DNA from: an uncultured bacterium
GTDB lineage: Bacteria; Armatimonadota; JACIXR01
Reading direction: 5' to 3'
Assembly: GCA_964452465.1 (NCBI GenBank)
Contig: CAYVMD010000003.1
Coordinates: 509 to 64,508 of the forward strand
Length of the DNA stretch: 64,000 nt
Part shown: positions 50,201 through 59,183 of the stretch, piece by piece
How positions within the stretch are numbered: position 1 is the stretch's first letter
How the letters are laid out: each line of letters begins with the position of its first letter
Position numbers and translations under genes: made by a program
The notes under the pieces: model-generated
Seen by the model: only the letters and a program-made list of their open reading frames with translations
What the model was told of the DNA's origin: nothing
The model's database searches: none

Positions 50201-50282
50201 GGGCGAACCCTGGCATCACCAACGCCAAAGCCAATAAAAGCACGCCAATCTTCCTCATGCGGGCTTCCCTCCCTCCTTTCAC
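47244..50282 (-). CDS. Secreted putative glycoside hydrolase (DUF4091/GH123-like) fused to a CBM9-like sugar-binding domain
   Basis: Signal peptide (start 50282 or 50258); YGWDEP, WEAMREGINDYKY; C-terminal PKIDGYLDD..W, YDANNLYIAF, ESVEIFI, WSCEVMLPF, RLNLCRN. Confidence 0.6.
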   Translation of the reverse strand: MKGGREARMRKIGVLLLALALVMPGFAQVKIYDTVYQKVDPGPTFTEMPRTAEEWSPPPPTKAEKLAGFIPFTRPEPQDIKPWSKPRQEERVEKMEAIVTKGEATSLWCAIYALEPLRKFRISLSAPFPIEVRYVHFWAQRTDWRGRTYYITPELLLRMEGGFTSFPAEGGTLQKRPLDIPKGECRLFWFTLRIPENAKPQTYKALLKLQSEGKPALSLPLEIKVLPISLKKPPDKRWLLYSDSWLWGKLSDDKVLSILKEISSYGIDGLTELPFGELKVKSIEDIEYDPSPFLRFVRLMRKVGMKGPHTIGIWAESLCANALNLPVDLNKKWPEELKEGVRRVARKVVSTLRSCHVDWLFYGWDEPGPDNLSALQQYQCWWEGGAKTYVTFYQRATYEVAGHWMSAPCFSAWLVNNKESAEWARRKCDENGQRFLWYGSGCYLGQEGRMFPNRYLTGWLFWKTKADGQVSWTFVRPHEDPFNDFDGVNANSVEPKDQCIVYPYFERPNDYNSLLGLLPTIQWEAMREGINDYKYAYTLKSMIEYAKRVAEGKDSEKARRLRQITEETEKIFTQLEESVPWGNEVDKIGFNNGNLASVRRTMAVLLERLAQALEGNIPSETGKSKRITLRIKILPPQLPPSESLTAVDIPEIMHPPKIDGYLDDECWKEATILDQFGEHQTATPSPKDIATTALLCYDANNLYIAFSCRSPQPVEANAWGRDNDHIWQEESVEIFIATAEEPHRYAHFIINAKGSIYDELVYDTAWNPNIKAATTTGEDGWSCEVMLPFHELPFPLTPAEKGTFRLNLCRNHKPLGGGMSHWTWSTTYGYYHNPSRFGIGSWQKGYVVLRRIEVPCFFGEDKVELVLLNKGKEEKVAEIGGKRLNLPPQEEVRYEMKVPGEVGEHKVTVPISYEGKAMILYLSYSIPKPMKVFAPTLLVENGRITLPIAFNTSPSLSRKLCLGNALGKRQCISLPSRGEVFSTIDLPEGLTHLRLWLASAPNYIEEITVVNL

Positions 50283-52624
50283 TTAGCGAATTCCCAAGCG
50301 GGATTCCAAGCTTCCAAGAGAGCCCAACTCGCCATACAACGGGCGTAATAACTACCGCACTCCGGTTCGTTGAAGGGATTGCGGTTGGCGCCATTGTGCC
50401 TATCCCGCACCGCCTTCGCCACCATCTCCGCTTCCTTCTTGAAGCCGTAATCCAGAAGGAGGACCGCCAATTGATACTCGAACCCCGTCATGCACTCGCT
50501 CCAGTAGGAGAGGGGAGCTTCGGGGCGGTCTCCATCCGGCCATGTGCAGATGAGGGTTCCACTCTCATCTGCGATGGCAAAGGTGCGCATATTATTGTAG
50601 TGGTCGCGGAAATTCTCCCGGAAGTTGTACTGGAAGATGTGCTTGAGGGCGGTGCGGATGTGGGAGCGGTCGAGGAGATCGCCCAATCCTGCCCTATTCG
50701 CCTTATACTGCCCCACTAATTGATCTATCAAACAGCCGTTTCCCACTTGGAAGCGGGGGTTGGGATTACGATACTCGCCGGAGAGGGTGGTTATGGGGAT
50801 GATCTCCCCCTTCGGGGGTTGAATTATTTGGATGTAGTAGCGCCCATTGAAGAGGTGTTCGTCCATCCACCTACTTCCTTTCTCCCGCAGTTCCCGGCAG
50901 GTCTTAGCGAAATCCATATCTCCCACCTTCTCCGCCATCTTCTCCATCGCGCTTAGCCCCGCCAAATACCAACTCTGACACATGGGGTTGGGTCCGAAGA
51001 ACTCCACATCGTAGGTGTTATGCTGAACCCCTTCCATCACCCCGTCCTTATCTGCATCCCATCCGCCCGCCTGCCAGCAAAATTCCATCAAGGATTTTAT
51101 CTTGGGATACCATTCCTTTAGCCATTCCGGTTTTTCCTTCAAGGATTGCATATAGCACCTCACTATCAAACCCATTTGCCCATCCGCCGCTGCGCCGTTA
51201 AAGGTCTGCCTATGGAAGGGCAAACTTAGGCGAAAACGTTCCCCGTTGTTCTCGGCTATGCCATAGCGGAGATGGCTTTCTATCATACTGCGGTGAAGGT
51301 CGGGGAAGAGGGAATAGACTGCCTGTTCGTAGTTCCAAACATGGGTGCAAGAGCCATGACAGCACCCGTTCGTCCCTCCGCAACCCTCAAAGCCGAGGAA
51401 AGTGCCATCCTCCAATCGGAAGCAGGTGTGGGTGCGGAGGGGAGTGAGGTTGAAGAGCGCGGCCTCCTTGAATACATGGGGAGCATCTAAACTCACCACG
51501 CTGTTCACGAAGCGGATCGTCCTGTGCCTCAATCCTTCCAGCCTGGGGATCACCTTGCGCGCCACATCCACTGCATCCTCGAATTGGGTGGCATAGTAAT
51601 TGACCACTATGGGGGAATCGCCCTCCCCGCCGGACCACCAGCCTATCTCCCTTAGATCCCTATAGGGGAAGTGCCAAGTTATGAGGAAACGAACGCTCTT
51701 CGTTTCTTTGGGACCTAAGGAGAAGCAACAGGAAAGGGAGCTATCCCAGGTATCCTGGGGGCTGGGGGGGCAAGGCTTATCCGGTTCGTCGTCCTCTATA
51801 TAGCCCTTATCCAGGATCTCGTTCACCAATCCCAGGACCTCCCCGCCCCAGGGACGATCGCGGAACTTCCAACGCCTCGCTACCTTTACATCCTCTCCAT
51901 CGCAAAGTATCGCCATCGTTCCCCAACGGGGACTTTGTTCCTTCCTTGCTTTGGAGAAGAGCATCCCCTTCCAACCCGCTACCTCGAGATATTCGGTTAT
52001 GTTATCCTTAAGGTCGCCACTGATCCCATCGAAGCCAACGAAATTGGTGAGGAGAAGGGTAAGGGAAGCGGAGAGGGGAGAGTTAGTGCGGTTCTTCAAG
52101 GTGATTGTGAGTAGCCCCATTGGGAGGCTAGAGGCCCAGGTATCGCCGGGAACGAGGGGATTGAAACCCTCTATGGTTACCGATACTGGCGTGGTATCTT
52201 CCTCCAAGAGCACCCTCCCGAAGGGGTAGGAAGCCTCGAACGCCTTGGCCCTCATCCTGGGAATGCCCGCCATCCATTGGGGAGCGCCGAAGTCCGCGGA
52301 GAGCCCTTCCGTTATATCCCCCTCCAGGATGCGAAGTTTGTGCTCCTCCCCTCTCTTCGTCCACAGGACGAAATGGGAGTAGAGGGGACGCCATCCCCTG
52401 TTGGGACGGCTCATTAACTGCCAATCGGTGAGTTGCCCCTTCCCGCCAAGGCAGAAGAAGCCCGTCCCGATCCCTCCTATGGGCATGGCGATCTCCCGTA
52501 AGTGATTCTCATCGTAGCGAGACAACACGAGCCAGTCGTGCTCTTCCATTTTACCTTTACCTCCTTTGACCATGGGATTTGCCTGGATAACCAATGATAA
52601 GGCTAAAAGCAAAAGATAGACCAT
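50279..52624 (-). CDS. GH116-family beta-glycosidase (glucosylceramidase-like), secreted
   Basis: MPIGGIGTG N-domain, FEG nucleophile region, CTHVWNY, HNTYD acid/base region, DQLVGQ, ECGSYYAR. Confidence 0.9.
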   Translation of the reverse strand: MVYLLLLALSLVIQANPMVKGGKGKMEEHDWLVLSRYDENHLREIAMPIGGIGTGFFCLGGKGQLTDWQLMSRPNRGWRPLYSHFVLWTKRGEEHKLRILEGDITEGLSADFGAPQWMAGIPRMRAKAFEASYPFGRVLLEEDTTPVSVTIEGFNPLVPGDTWASSLPMGLLTITLKNRTNSPLSASLTLLLTNFVGFDGISGDLKDNITEYLEVAGWKGMLFSKARKEQSPRWGTMAILCDGEDVKVARRWKFRDRPWGGEVLGLVNEILDKGYIEDDEPDKPCPPSPQDTWDSSLSCCFSLGPKETKSVRFLITWHFPYRDLREIGWWSGGEGDSPIVVNYYATQFEDAVDVARKVIPRLEGLRHRTIRFVNSVVSLDAPHVFKEAALFNLTPLRTHTCFRLEDGTFLGFEGCGGTNGCCHGSCTHVWNYEQAVYSLFPDLHRSMIESHLRYGIAENNGERFRLSLPFHRQTFNGAAADGQMGLIVRCYMQSLKEKPEWLKEWYPKIKSLMEFCWQAGGWDADKDGVMEGVQHNTYDVEFFGPNPMCQSWYLAGLSAMEKMAEKVGDMDFAKTCRELREKGSRWMDEHLFNGRYYIQIIQPPKGEIIPITTLSGEYRNPNPRFQVGNGCLIDQLVGQYKANRAGLGDLLDRSHIRTALKHIFQYNFRENFRDHYNNMRTFAIADESGTLICTWPDGDRPEAPLSYWSECMTGFEYQLAVLLLDYGFKKEAEMVAKAVRDRHNGANRNPFNEPECGSYYARCMASWALLEAWNPAWEFAK

Positions 52625-52639
52625 CCCTTGTTCCTCCTT

Positions 52640-54931
52640 TTACATTTCTTTGATCCATACCTCGAAGGGGGAAAAATCCTTCTCCCCCTCTCCCAGGGGG
52701 CTTTTTACCTTCGCCCTGATGGGCTTTGAGGTAGGATTAACGATGACCACCATCTCCTTATCCCTGTCCCTGATGAAAACCGCATCCAAAGGCGCATCGG
52801 CAGGTTCTATCCTTATGCTCTCCCTGCGGATCTCTCCCAAGGCGTAGTGGATTCCCACCTCCTGCAGTTCCTTCAAGAACCCTCTGAAGAAGCTCTTCAA
52901 CTCTTCGCTGAAGGCGAATCCGCTAACCCAATCGTCATAGGCATCCCCCCAGGCGTAGAAGAGCACCCCTTTGGCGCCGTTGTTGAGGGCGAGGTAGGTC
53001 ATGCACCTTATCTCCTCTGGGGTGGGAAAACGATTCTGGGAATGGGCTGGCGGTTGACGATGTGCCTGGATCACCGCCCAGACCGGTCTCCCTTTACTTG
53101 CCTCCCTCATCTCTCTTACCGAATTTCCCACCCACGCCAGACTATCGGGCGTGCTCGCCCCAATGGGGTAAGGATCGGTGCCTATTATCTCTCCCGTCAG
53201 GGCATACTTGACCACTTCCCCAGGCACCTCGTTCACGAAGGTGGGGTGGTCGGGATCGGCTTCCTTTATTATGTCGCAGAAGCGCTTTACCACATCGGGG
53301 TTAATTCCCCCTCCCGCTGGCTCATCGATGGCGTAATGGACGAGGATATGAGGTTGAAAGCGCAGTAGGGAAACCAACGAGCGTGCCTCCTCGAAGTTAC
53401 TCCTTCCGCCCCTTATATATTCGCTCAGTTCCGTTATCACCCACAATCCTTGCAGATGCGCCTCCGCGAACCATTCCTGCTGGTCCTTGGAAAGTTCCCT
53501 CTGGTCTCCTCCAAAGATGGGCGAGGTAACGCAGTTGAAGCCCAATTCCCTGATTTTCTTTAGATCCTCTTTTCCCACATGGTAAGTGCCGATGGGGAAG
53601 AAGGGCTTCCCATACACTAAAAGTTGCCCCTTTTTGCTCAGGGATATCCTTGATACCTCCGTGGGGATGCGGACCTCGAATCCCCCTTTTGCAACCTCGC
53701 TCTCCCTTTTGCTAATAGCTCTTACCTCCACTTCGTAGCGTTCGCCTTCCTGGCTTGCCGGGAAAGTCCCCGTGGGGAAGACGATTTTCCCTTCGCCTTT
53801 GGCAAGGCTGAGCTTTTTCTCTATCGGCTTTGCCAACCTTCCCCCTTTAATCGTTACCCTGCAGCTTGCCCTTTCCCCCTCCGGGGGAGCGCTCCGGATC
53901 CTCAACTCCACATTATCCCAAGGGAAGAAGATAGTGCGGGGGAGAGATATCTCCACCAAGGGTGGAACGCGAAAAGCGTGATAGAACTCCGTTACCTCTC
54001 CATTCGCTTTGAGGTAAGCAACGGCGGAAAAGGTACCTCGTCCTTGGCAGGGCAAGGATACCCTTAAAGTTTGCTTCCCTTGGGGACCAAGGGTGAGCGC
54101 TTTCCATTCGCCCTCGGACAAGACATTACCATTCTGCCTAATGGAGAACTTTATCTCCATCCTGCGGGATACATCCTTAAGGTTCTCCACTATGAAACTC
54201 GCCCTGAAGGTGCCGGGAGGTGTCTCCGAGGGGGCTTCCTTCCATGTCCCCATCAAGCCATATTTCAACTTCATCGCATTGGCGTATAGGTTCTCCAGCA
54301 TCTCCGGGGAAAGCGCGAAGGCGGTGGTTACTATTAGCACCCCTTTGCCGATGTTAGCCACCAGACCAACGGCGGTGCCTCCCTTAGTCTGTGCCCATAC
54401 CTTGTATTTGTTGCCCCACCTGCGGATGTGCGCCCAGAAGGTAAGCGTCAATAAGCGATGGGGGGAAGTGAGGAAAGAAGAGGGGGAGGCGATATCCAAT
54501 TGCGCTCTCTCACTGCCCAGATCCCTTGGGGCATCCCCATACTCTATAAATAGTTGGGGATCCAGGTCAGCGAGCCAATCGCACATGGGTGGATAAGCCA
54601 TATCGGTTAGTATGGCGATGCCACCGCTTTCCAGGAATGTCCTGAATTGAGGGAGGTAGTGCCTCATCTCTTGAGGATCGCCGTAATTCCAGAGGGATGT
54701 TGTGAGGATGAGATCGTAATCCTTTTGTTTTTGGAAGAATTGGGCGATATCCGTATTGTGGAACTTATCGTGTTGCCAACCCAAGGTTCGAAGGCGCTCG
54801 TCGTATTCCATCCAACTGCGATAATCGTTATTAACCCCCGAACTGGATATCAACGCCACCCTATTGGGTCGTGTGCTCGCGAACCCCAAGACGCAAACCA
54901 AGAGATTTAATAGTAGAAGATGCTTCCTCAT
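52640..54931 (-). CDS. Secreted multi-domain protein with a C-terminal putative glycoside hydrolase TIM barrel
   Basis: Signal peptide; N-terminal GATase-like segment; GKPFFPIG.Y, ELGFN, AIDEP, TDPYP, PTPEEIRCMTYLAL..GAKGVLFY. Confidence 0.6.
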   Translation of the reverse strand: MRKHLLLLNLLVCVLGFASTRPNRVALISSSGVNNDYRSWMEYDERLRTLGWQHDKFHNTDIAQFFQKQKDYDLILTTSLWNYGDPQEMRHYLPQFRTFLESGGIAILTDMAYPPMCDWLADLDPQLFIEYGDAPRDLGSERAQLDIASPSSFLTSPHRLLTLTFWAHIRRWGNKYKVWAQTKGGTAVGLVANIGKGVLIVTTAFALSPEMLENLYANAMKLKYGLMGTWKEAPSETPPGTFRASFIVENLKDVSRRMEIKFSIRQNGNVLSEGEWKALTLGPQGKQTLRVSLPCQGRGTFSAVAYLKANGEVTEFYHAFRVPPLVEISLPRTIFFPWDNVELRIRSAPPEGERASCRVTIKGGRLAKPIEKKLSLAKGEGKIVFPTGTFPASQEGERYEVEVRAISKRESEVAKGGFEVRIPTEVSRISLSKKGQLLVYGKPFFPIGTYHVGKEDLKKIRELGFNCVTSPIFGGDQRELSKDQQEWFAEAHLQGLWVITELSEYIRGGRSNFEEARSLVSLLRFQPHILVHYAIDEPAGGGINPDVVKRFCDIIKEADPDHPTFVNEVPGEVVKYALTGEIIGTDPYPIGASTPDSLAWVGNSVREMREASKGRPVWAVIQAHRQPPAHSQNRFPTPEEIRCMTYLALNNGAKGVLFYAWGDAYDDWVSGFAFSEELKSFFRGFLKELQEVGIHYALGEIRRESIRIEPADAPLDAVFIRDRDKEMVVIVNPTSKPIRAKVKSPLGEGEKDFSPFEVWIKEM

Positions 54932-57651
54932 AGGTTGGTATCTTCCCTCAGGGAATCCTTTTCATAGATCCATATGTGCTTTCCTTCCCTGAGGAAGGAA
55001 AGCCCCTCCGGGTAATCCTTGCCTCGCCACCTTAAAACTATCCCTGCCTCCAAGCCCTCTCCTTGAGCATAGAAACCATAGGGAGCAATGATTATATCGG
55101 GGGAGAGGGTAAAGGGCTCGGGATCGGTATTGGCTATTATGCTAACCTTAGGGAATTCCGTCCTCATCACTCCGCAGCTTTTTTCATCCTTAGCGGGGCG
55201 AAGTATGGAGAAATCCCTTAATCGCTCCCCGAAGTAGCGTTTGGCTACCTTCTTTTGCAGAAGGCTTAGCCATTGAAGCCATCCCCTTGCTTTGGGGTTG
55301 TCGAGGGTGGAAGGCCAACAGGCGTAACTTAAGCTATATCCTATTAGGAGCGTCCAGGTGAGCGTCTCGTTGTTGGTGACGAACTGCCCTAAATCGTGAT
55401 GGTAGAAGCCAACCTTATCGTGTCCCAGAAAGATCGCCAAGGGATAGAAATGCCAGGCGGAAGGAGGATACTGTTCCCGATAAAGGGTTACCCATGGTGG
55501 GAGCCATTGGTTGGGGAGAAGGAACCAGGTTATCCCGCAGAAGAGGGTTTCATAATTCAGCAATCCATCCCATCCTCCTTCCGTAGCGAGGGGAACCTTG
55601 GTGGATGCCTCCCGGGCGATGTCCAGCCAGCCCTGGGTGTAAGCATAGGGTGTAGGGGAGGCGGGGTTGAGGTCGTATATCCAACCCCTTGCTCCGATTT
55701 GGTCCTGAAAGAGGATGTCGCTTGGATAATCCTTGGTGAACTGCTCCCTTATCCTCCTCTCCGCTTCCCTAACTGCGGGATGCCAGGGGCAGATTGCCCA
55801 TCCCCAATTAGCACCATAGACCTCCTTTATCTTCTCCCCTTGAAGGTCTCGGGCGAGGGGAGCATCGCCATATTTGATGAAGGTGGGTCCCTTGGGATCA
55901 TCGCACCACCAGGTGGGGTTGGTGTAGGGCATGACGAGATGCCCCAATTGGTGGAGGGTATCGTAAAGACGGCGAAACTCCTCCGGCGTTCCCTTTCGGG
56001 GATTGGGAGGGAGGTGGTCGGGATACTGCTTATCGAAACCCCCGTGGAGGTAATCGGCGAAGTGGACGAGGGAGGGGACGGGCAGTTTCCCCGCTTGTTC
56101 TGTCTGTTCCTGGAATGTACCTCCTTCGTATTTCACCAGCACGCTCTCGCTCAGCCTTTGGTAGAGGTGGGAGGGTAACTTATCCCTCAGCCTCCGATGG
56201 AAGCTGTTGTCCCTCCCATACCTCTCCAAGGCGGTAAGGAGAGGAACACCGAAGGTGATCCTCAAATGAGGAGAACGCCATTCTTCCCTCGGCTTAACAT
56301 AGGTATGCCATTCCCTTCTTACGAAGCCGAAAGCGCCCTCCCTCCCTGCATAGAGGCTGACGGGGACGAAGATCTCCTTTTCCTTTCTTACGCCATAGAT
56401 AGCGAGGGAACCATTTTCACTTTGGATGTAAAGAAAATCGGAAAATGCGGGAGGATAATCCGCATGCCAGAAACCTCCCTCCTTCTGCACCATCTCGTAA
56501 TGGAAGGAATATCCTCCCGTCTCCCACCAGATTCCTCCCTTTTGGAGATAACTCCTTATCCTCTCTATCGTTTCCCGCCATTTGCCTTCCTCGCCCGTGG
56601 GCAGGAACTCGCCATAGGGATTGACGATAAGAGGGAAGTTGTCCGGCTCCTCCAAAGCCTTCTCCAATTCCTCCGCGCTTTTTATCCTTTCGATCTTGAA
56701 TTCCGGCAGGAGGGAGGGTAGCCTAACCGACCACAAGCTGGGGATGAGCTCATTGAAGCCACCTCCCCGTGGTCCTCCCGTTATCCAAACGAGGGCGAGC
56801 GTTTTCTCCTTCCCCTCTCTCCCCCAGAGGTAGCGAGTGGTCCTCTGGAAGAGGAGGAAAACCGCGTCTGCATCTGCTTCCCTCATCCATCCTCCCAGCC
56901 GAAACAGGAACCCCTTCCCCATTCTATACCCCGCCAAGAGGGCACCATTGGGGGAGTCCACCAACTTCACCGTTTCCACCTTCCCCTCGGGAGGTCTATT
57001 CACCACCATCTTATGTCCGTTTATCCTATTTGCCACATCCTCCCCCAACCATCGTATGCCCTCCGCGGTGAGGTGGACGGGCACCGGCTCATCCTGAACG
57101 GGACGCATAACACAGCCCTCTCCCACCAGGGTCTGCAAGGCGATGGGACCCACTAAGCTGGGGCTCCACTGAACCTTCCCCGTGAAGAACTCTTTGGTGA
57201 AGGCGAGCCCTAAGCCCTCCGGAACATACAGTTTCTCTATGGACGAGGGTGGGAAATGGAGGATGGGGAAGCGGAAGGTGAGGATGGTCTTCCCTTTGGG
57301 GCGAAGGAGGAAGGAGAATTCCAAGTAATCCTCCTTAGCAACGACGCTCGTTTCTACCTCTACTGCCTCGTTCTTATGTGTGAAAAGGAGTTGCTCTCCT
57401 TTCTTCTGACACGAGAAGGTGGTGTCCAGGGAAGAAAGAAGGGAATTATCTCTGAAGACCACCTCCCAAAGGGGGGCGTCCACCTTGAGGGGAAGGATTT
57501 CCTTTCCGGTTTTCCTGTCCTTTAGGGAGACGAGGGCACCGTTGGAGGGAGAAAAAGAGGCGATATAAGTTTTCCCCCCACTCTCCAACCTTTGGGAGAA
57601 CGCTAATCCTGCGATTAGCAATAGCGGTATTAATTTCTCAATGACGCCCAT
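54928..57651 (-). CDS. Secreted multi-domain putative glycoside hydrolase (DUF6259-like; family uncertain)
   Basis: Signal peptide; beta-sandwich N-terminus; HGGFDKQYPDHLP, MPYTNPTWW, LFQDQIG, LATEG. Confidence 0.55.
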   Translation of the reverse strand: MGVIEKLIPLLLIAGLAFSQRLESGGKTYIASFSPSNGALVSLKDRKTGKEILPLKVDAPLWEVVFRDNSLLSSLDTTFSCQKKGEQLLFTHKNEAVEVETSVVAKEDYLEFSFLLRPKGKTILTFRFPILHFPPSSIEKLYVPEGLGLAFTKEFFTGKVQWSPSLVGPIALQTLVGEGCVMRPVQDEPVPVHLTAEGIRWLGEDVANRINGHKMVVNRPPEGKVETVKLVDSPNGALLAGYRMGKGFLFRLGGWMREADADAVFLLFQRTTRYLWGREGKEKTLALVWITGGPRGGGFNELIPSLWSVRLPSLLPEFKIERIKSAEELEKALEEPDNFPLIVNPYGEFLPTGEEGKWRETIERIRSYLQKGGIWWETGGYSFHYEMVQKEGGFWHADYPPAFSDFLYIQSENGSLAIYGVRKEKEIFVPVSLYAGREGAFGFVRREWHTYVKPREEWRSPHLRITFGVPLLTALERYGRDNSFHRRLRDKLPSHLYQRLSESVLVKYEGGTFQEQTEQAGKLPVPSLVHFADYLHGGFDKQYPDHLPPNPRKGTPEEFRRLYDTLHQLGHLVMPYTNPTWWCDDPKGPTFIKYGDAPLARDLQGEKIKEVYGANWGWAICPWHPAVREAERRIREQFTKDYPSDILFQDQIGARGWIYDLNPASPTPYAYTQGWLDIAREASTKVPLATEGGWDGLLNYETLFCGITWFLLPNQWLPPWVTLYREQYPPSAWHFYPLAIFLGHDKVGFYHHDLGQFVTNNETLTWTLLIGYSLSYACWPSTLDNPKARGWLQWLSLLQKKVAKRYFGERLRDFSILRPAKDEKSCGVMRTEFPKVSIIANTDPEPFTLSPDIIIAPYGFYAQGEGLEAGIVLRWRGKDYPEGLSFLREGKHIWIYEKDSLREDTNL

Positions 57652-57672
57652 AGTTCACCACCTTTTCTTAAG

Positions 57673-57702
57673 ATTGTAAGGTTCTTCAAGATCCCTTAGC
57701 AA
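57673..57702 (-). promoter_or_regulatory. Possible promoter for the secreted-hydrolase operon
   Basis: Minus strand TTGCTA-N18-TACAAT, then AAGGTGGTG RBS and ATG 57651. Confidence 0.4.
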
Positions 57703-57836
57703 TCAAAATCTCCTCTTCAAGGAGCAATTCCCCCGCATTATGTCCGCAGTTATTTACAAGAGATTTGGAGATGCCTATGATTATAACGTTGTAAACCTTA
57801 GGTTATTATGCTATAACTACAACTTTCACTTGGAAA

Positions 57837-59180
57837 GTGAAAAGGATGGGACGGTGGAACATCATCTTGGTGATCACGCACGACACAGGAAGGCATCTGG
57901 GATGCTACGGACGGGATGTGTCGACGCCCAATTTGGATAGGTTGGCGGAGGAAGGGGTGAGATTCGCCCAAGCGTTTTGTACCGCCCCTCAGTGCAGTCC
58001 CAGTCGCGCTAGCCTCCTCACGGGACTGGTTCCTCATCGCCATGGTCTGATTGGCTTAGCCCATCGGGGGTTTCGATTGAAGCCAGATGTTCCTCTCTTA
58101 CCTCGCATTTTGAATCGCGTCGGTTACGCCACCTTCTTATTCGGTCTCCAACACGAAACCTCCGACAACCCTCAAATCTTGGGCTATCAGCATGTACCTC
58201 CTGTGAAATCGCACTCCTGCCAGGATGTTGCCCCTGCTTTTCTGGAATTTCTTTCCAGCCACCCGCCTCAACCATTTTTCGCCTCCGTTGGGTTCTTCGA
58301 GACCCATCGTCCCTTCCCTCAAACCCAAGGGAGGACCGAACCCCATGTGCCACCGTTCTTGCCCGATGCACCTGAGGTGAGAAGGGATGTCGCAGATCTC
58401 AACGAATCGGTTCGGCGTGTGGATGAAGCGGTGAGGGCGATCGTCACCGCACTCAAGCGCCATCGTCTTTGGGATAACACCCTGCTCGTCTATACGACGG
58501 ACCATGGAACCAGTTTCCCAGGCGCCAAGGCTACCCTCTTCGACCCGGGCATCGAGATAGCGCTCTTGATGCATGGTCCCGATGACGCTTTCAGTGGTGG
58601 CAAGACGGTGACAACGATGGTGAGCAATGCGGATTTGATGCCTACCTTCTGCGAGATCGCGGGAGCTGAACCGCCTTCCCATTTGGATGGGAAGAGCCTA
58701 CTTCCCCTCCTGAAAGGAGAACCTCGCCTTCACGAAAGGTTGTTCGTGGAGTTGACCTACCACGCAGCATACGACCCTATGCGGGGCATCCGAACGGAGC
58801 GATTTAAATACATTCGTTCCTTCGCCGAGCGTCCCTTCTGGCTACCCCCGAATGTGGATAACGGGTTCACTAAGGATTGGTATCGTCAGCATCGTCCCGA
58901 GGTGTTTCGGAAAGGGCGTCGGAAGGAAATGCTGTTTGACCTCCAGGTGGATCCCTGGGAACGGCATAACCTTGCGAACGACTTCGCTTATGCTTCGCTG
59001 TTAAGCGAACTTCGAGTTATGTTGGAGCGTTGGATGGAGGATACGGAGGACCCGCTACGGCATGGGCATGTCCCACCTCCTCAAGGGGCAAGGGTGACGC
59101 CGGCATCTTCTTGGGGACCGGAGGAAGGGGTTAGGGGGGACTTCGACCCCACAAGGGATACAGTGCCTCTCGAGGACTGA
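57837..59180 (+). CDS. Cys-type (formylglycine-dependent) sulfatase, cytoplasmic
   Basis: HDTG, CSPSRASLLTG (CxPxR), HRPF, TDHG, RTERFKYIR; no signal peptide; start GTG 57837 or ATG 57846. Confidence 0.93.
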   Translation: MKRMGRWNIILVITHDTGRHLGCYGRDVSTPNLDRLAEEGVRFAQAFCTAPQCSPSRASLLTGLVPHRHGLIGLAHRGFRLKPDVPLLPRILNRVGYATFLFGLQHETSDNPQILGYQHVPPVKSHSCQDVAPAFLEFLSSHPPQPFFASVGFFETHRPFPQTQGRTEPHVPPFLPDAPEVRRDVADLNESVRRVDEAVRAIVTALKRHRLWDNTLLVYTTDHGTSFPGAKATLFDPGIEIALLMHGPDDAFSGGKTVTTMVSNADLMPTFCEIAGAEPPSHLDGKSLLPLLKGEPRLHERLFVELTYHAAYDPMRGIRTERFKYIRSFAERPFWLPPNVDNGFTKDWYRQHRPEVFRKGRRKEMLFDLQVDPWERHNLANDFAYASLLSELRVMLERWMEDTEDPLRHGHVPPPQGARVTPASSWGPEEGVRGDFDPTRDTVPLED

Positions 59181-59183
59181 AAG

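Noticed and set aside
55396-56178. 260-aa plus-strand ORF inside the 907-aa gene
   Set aside because: Antisense, with no recognisable motifs
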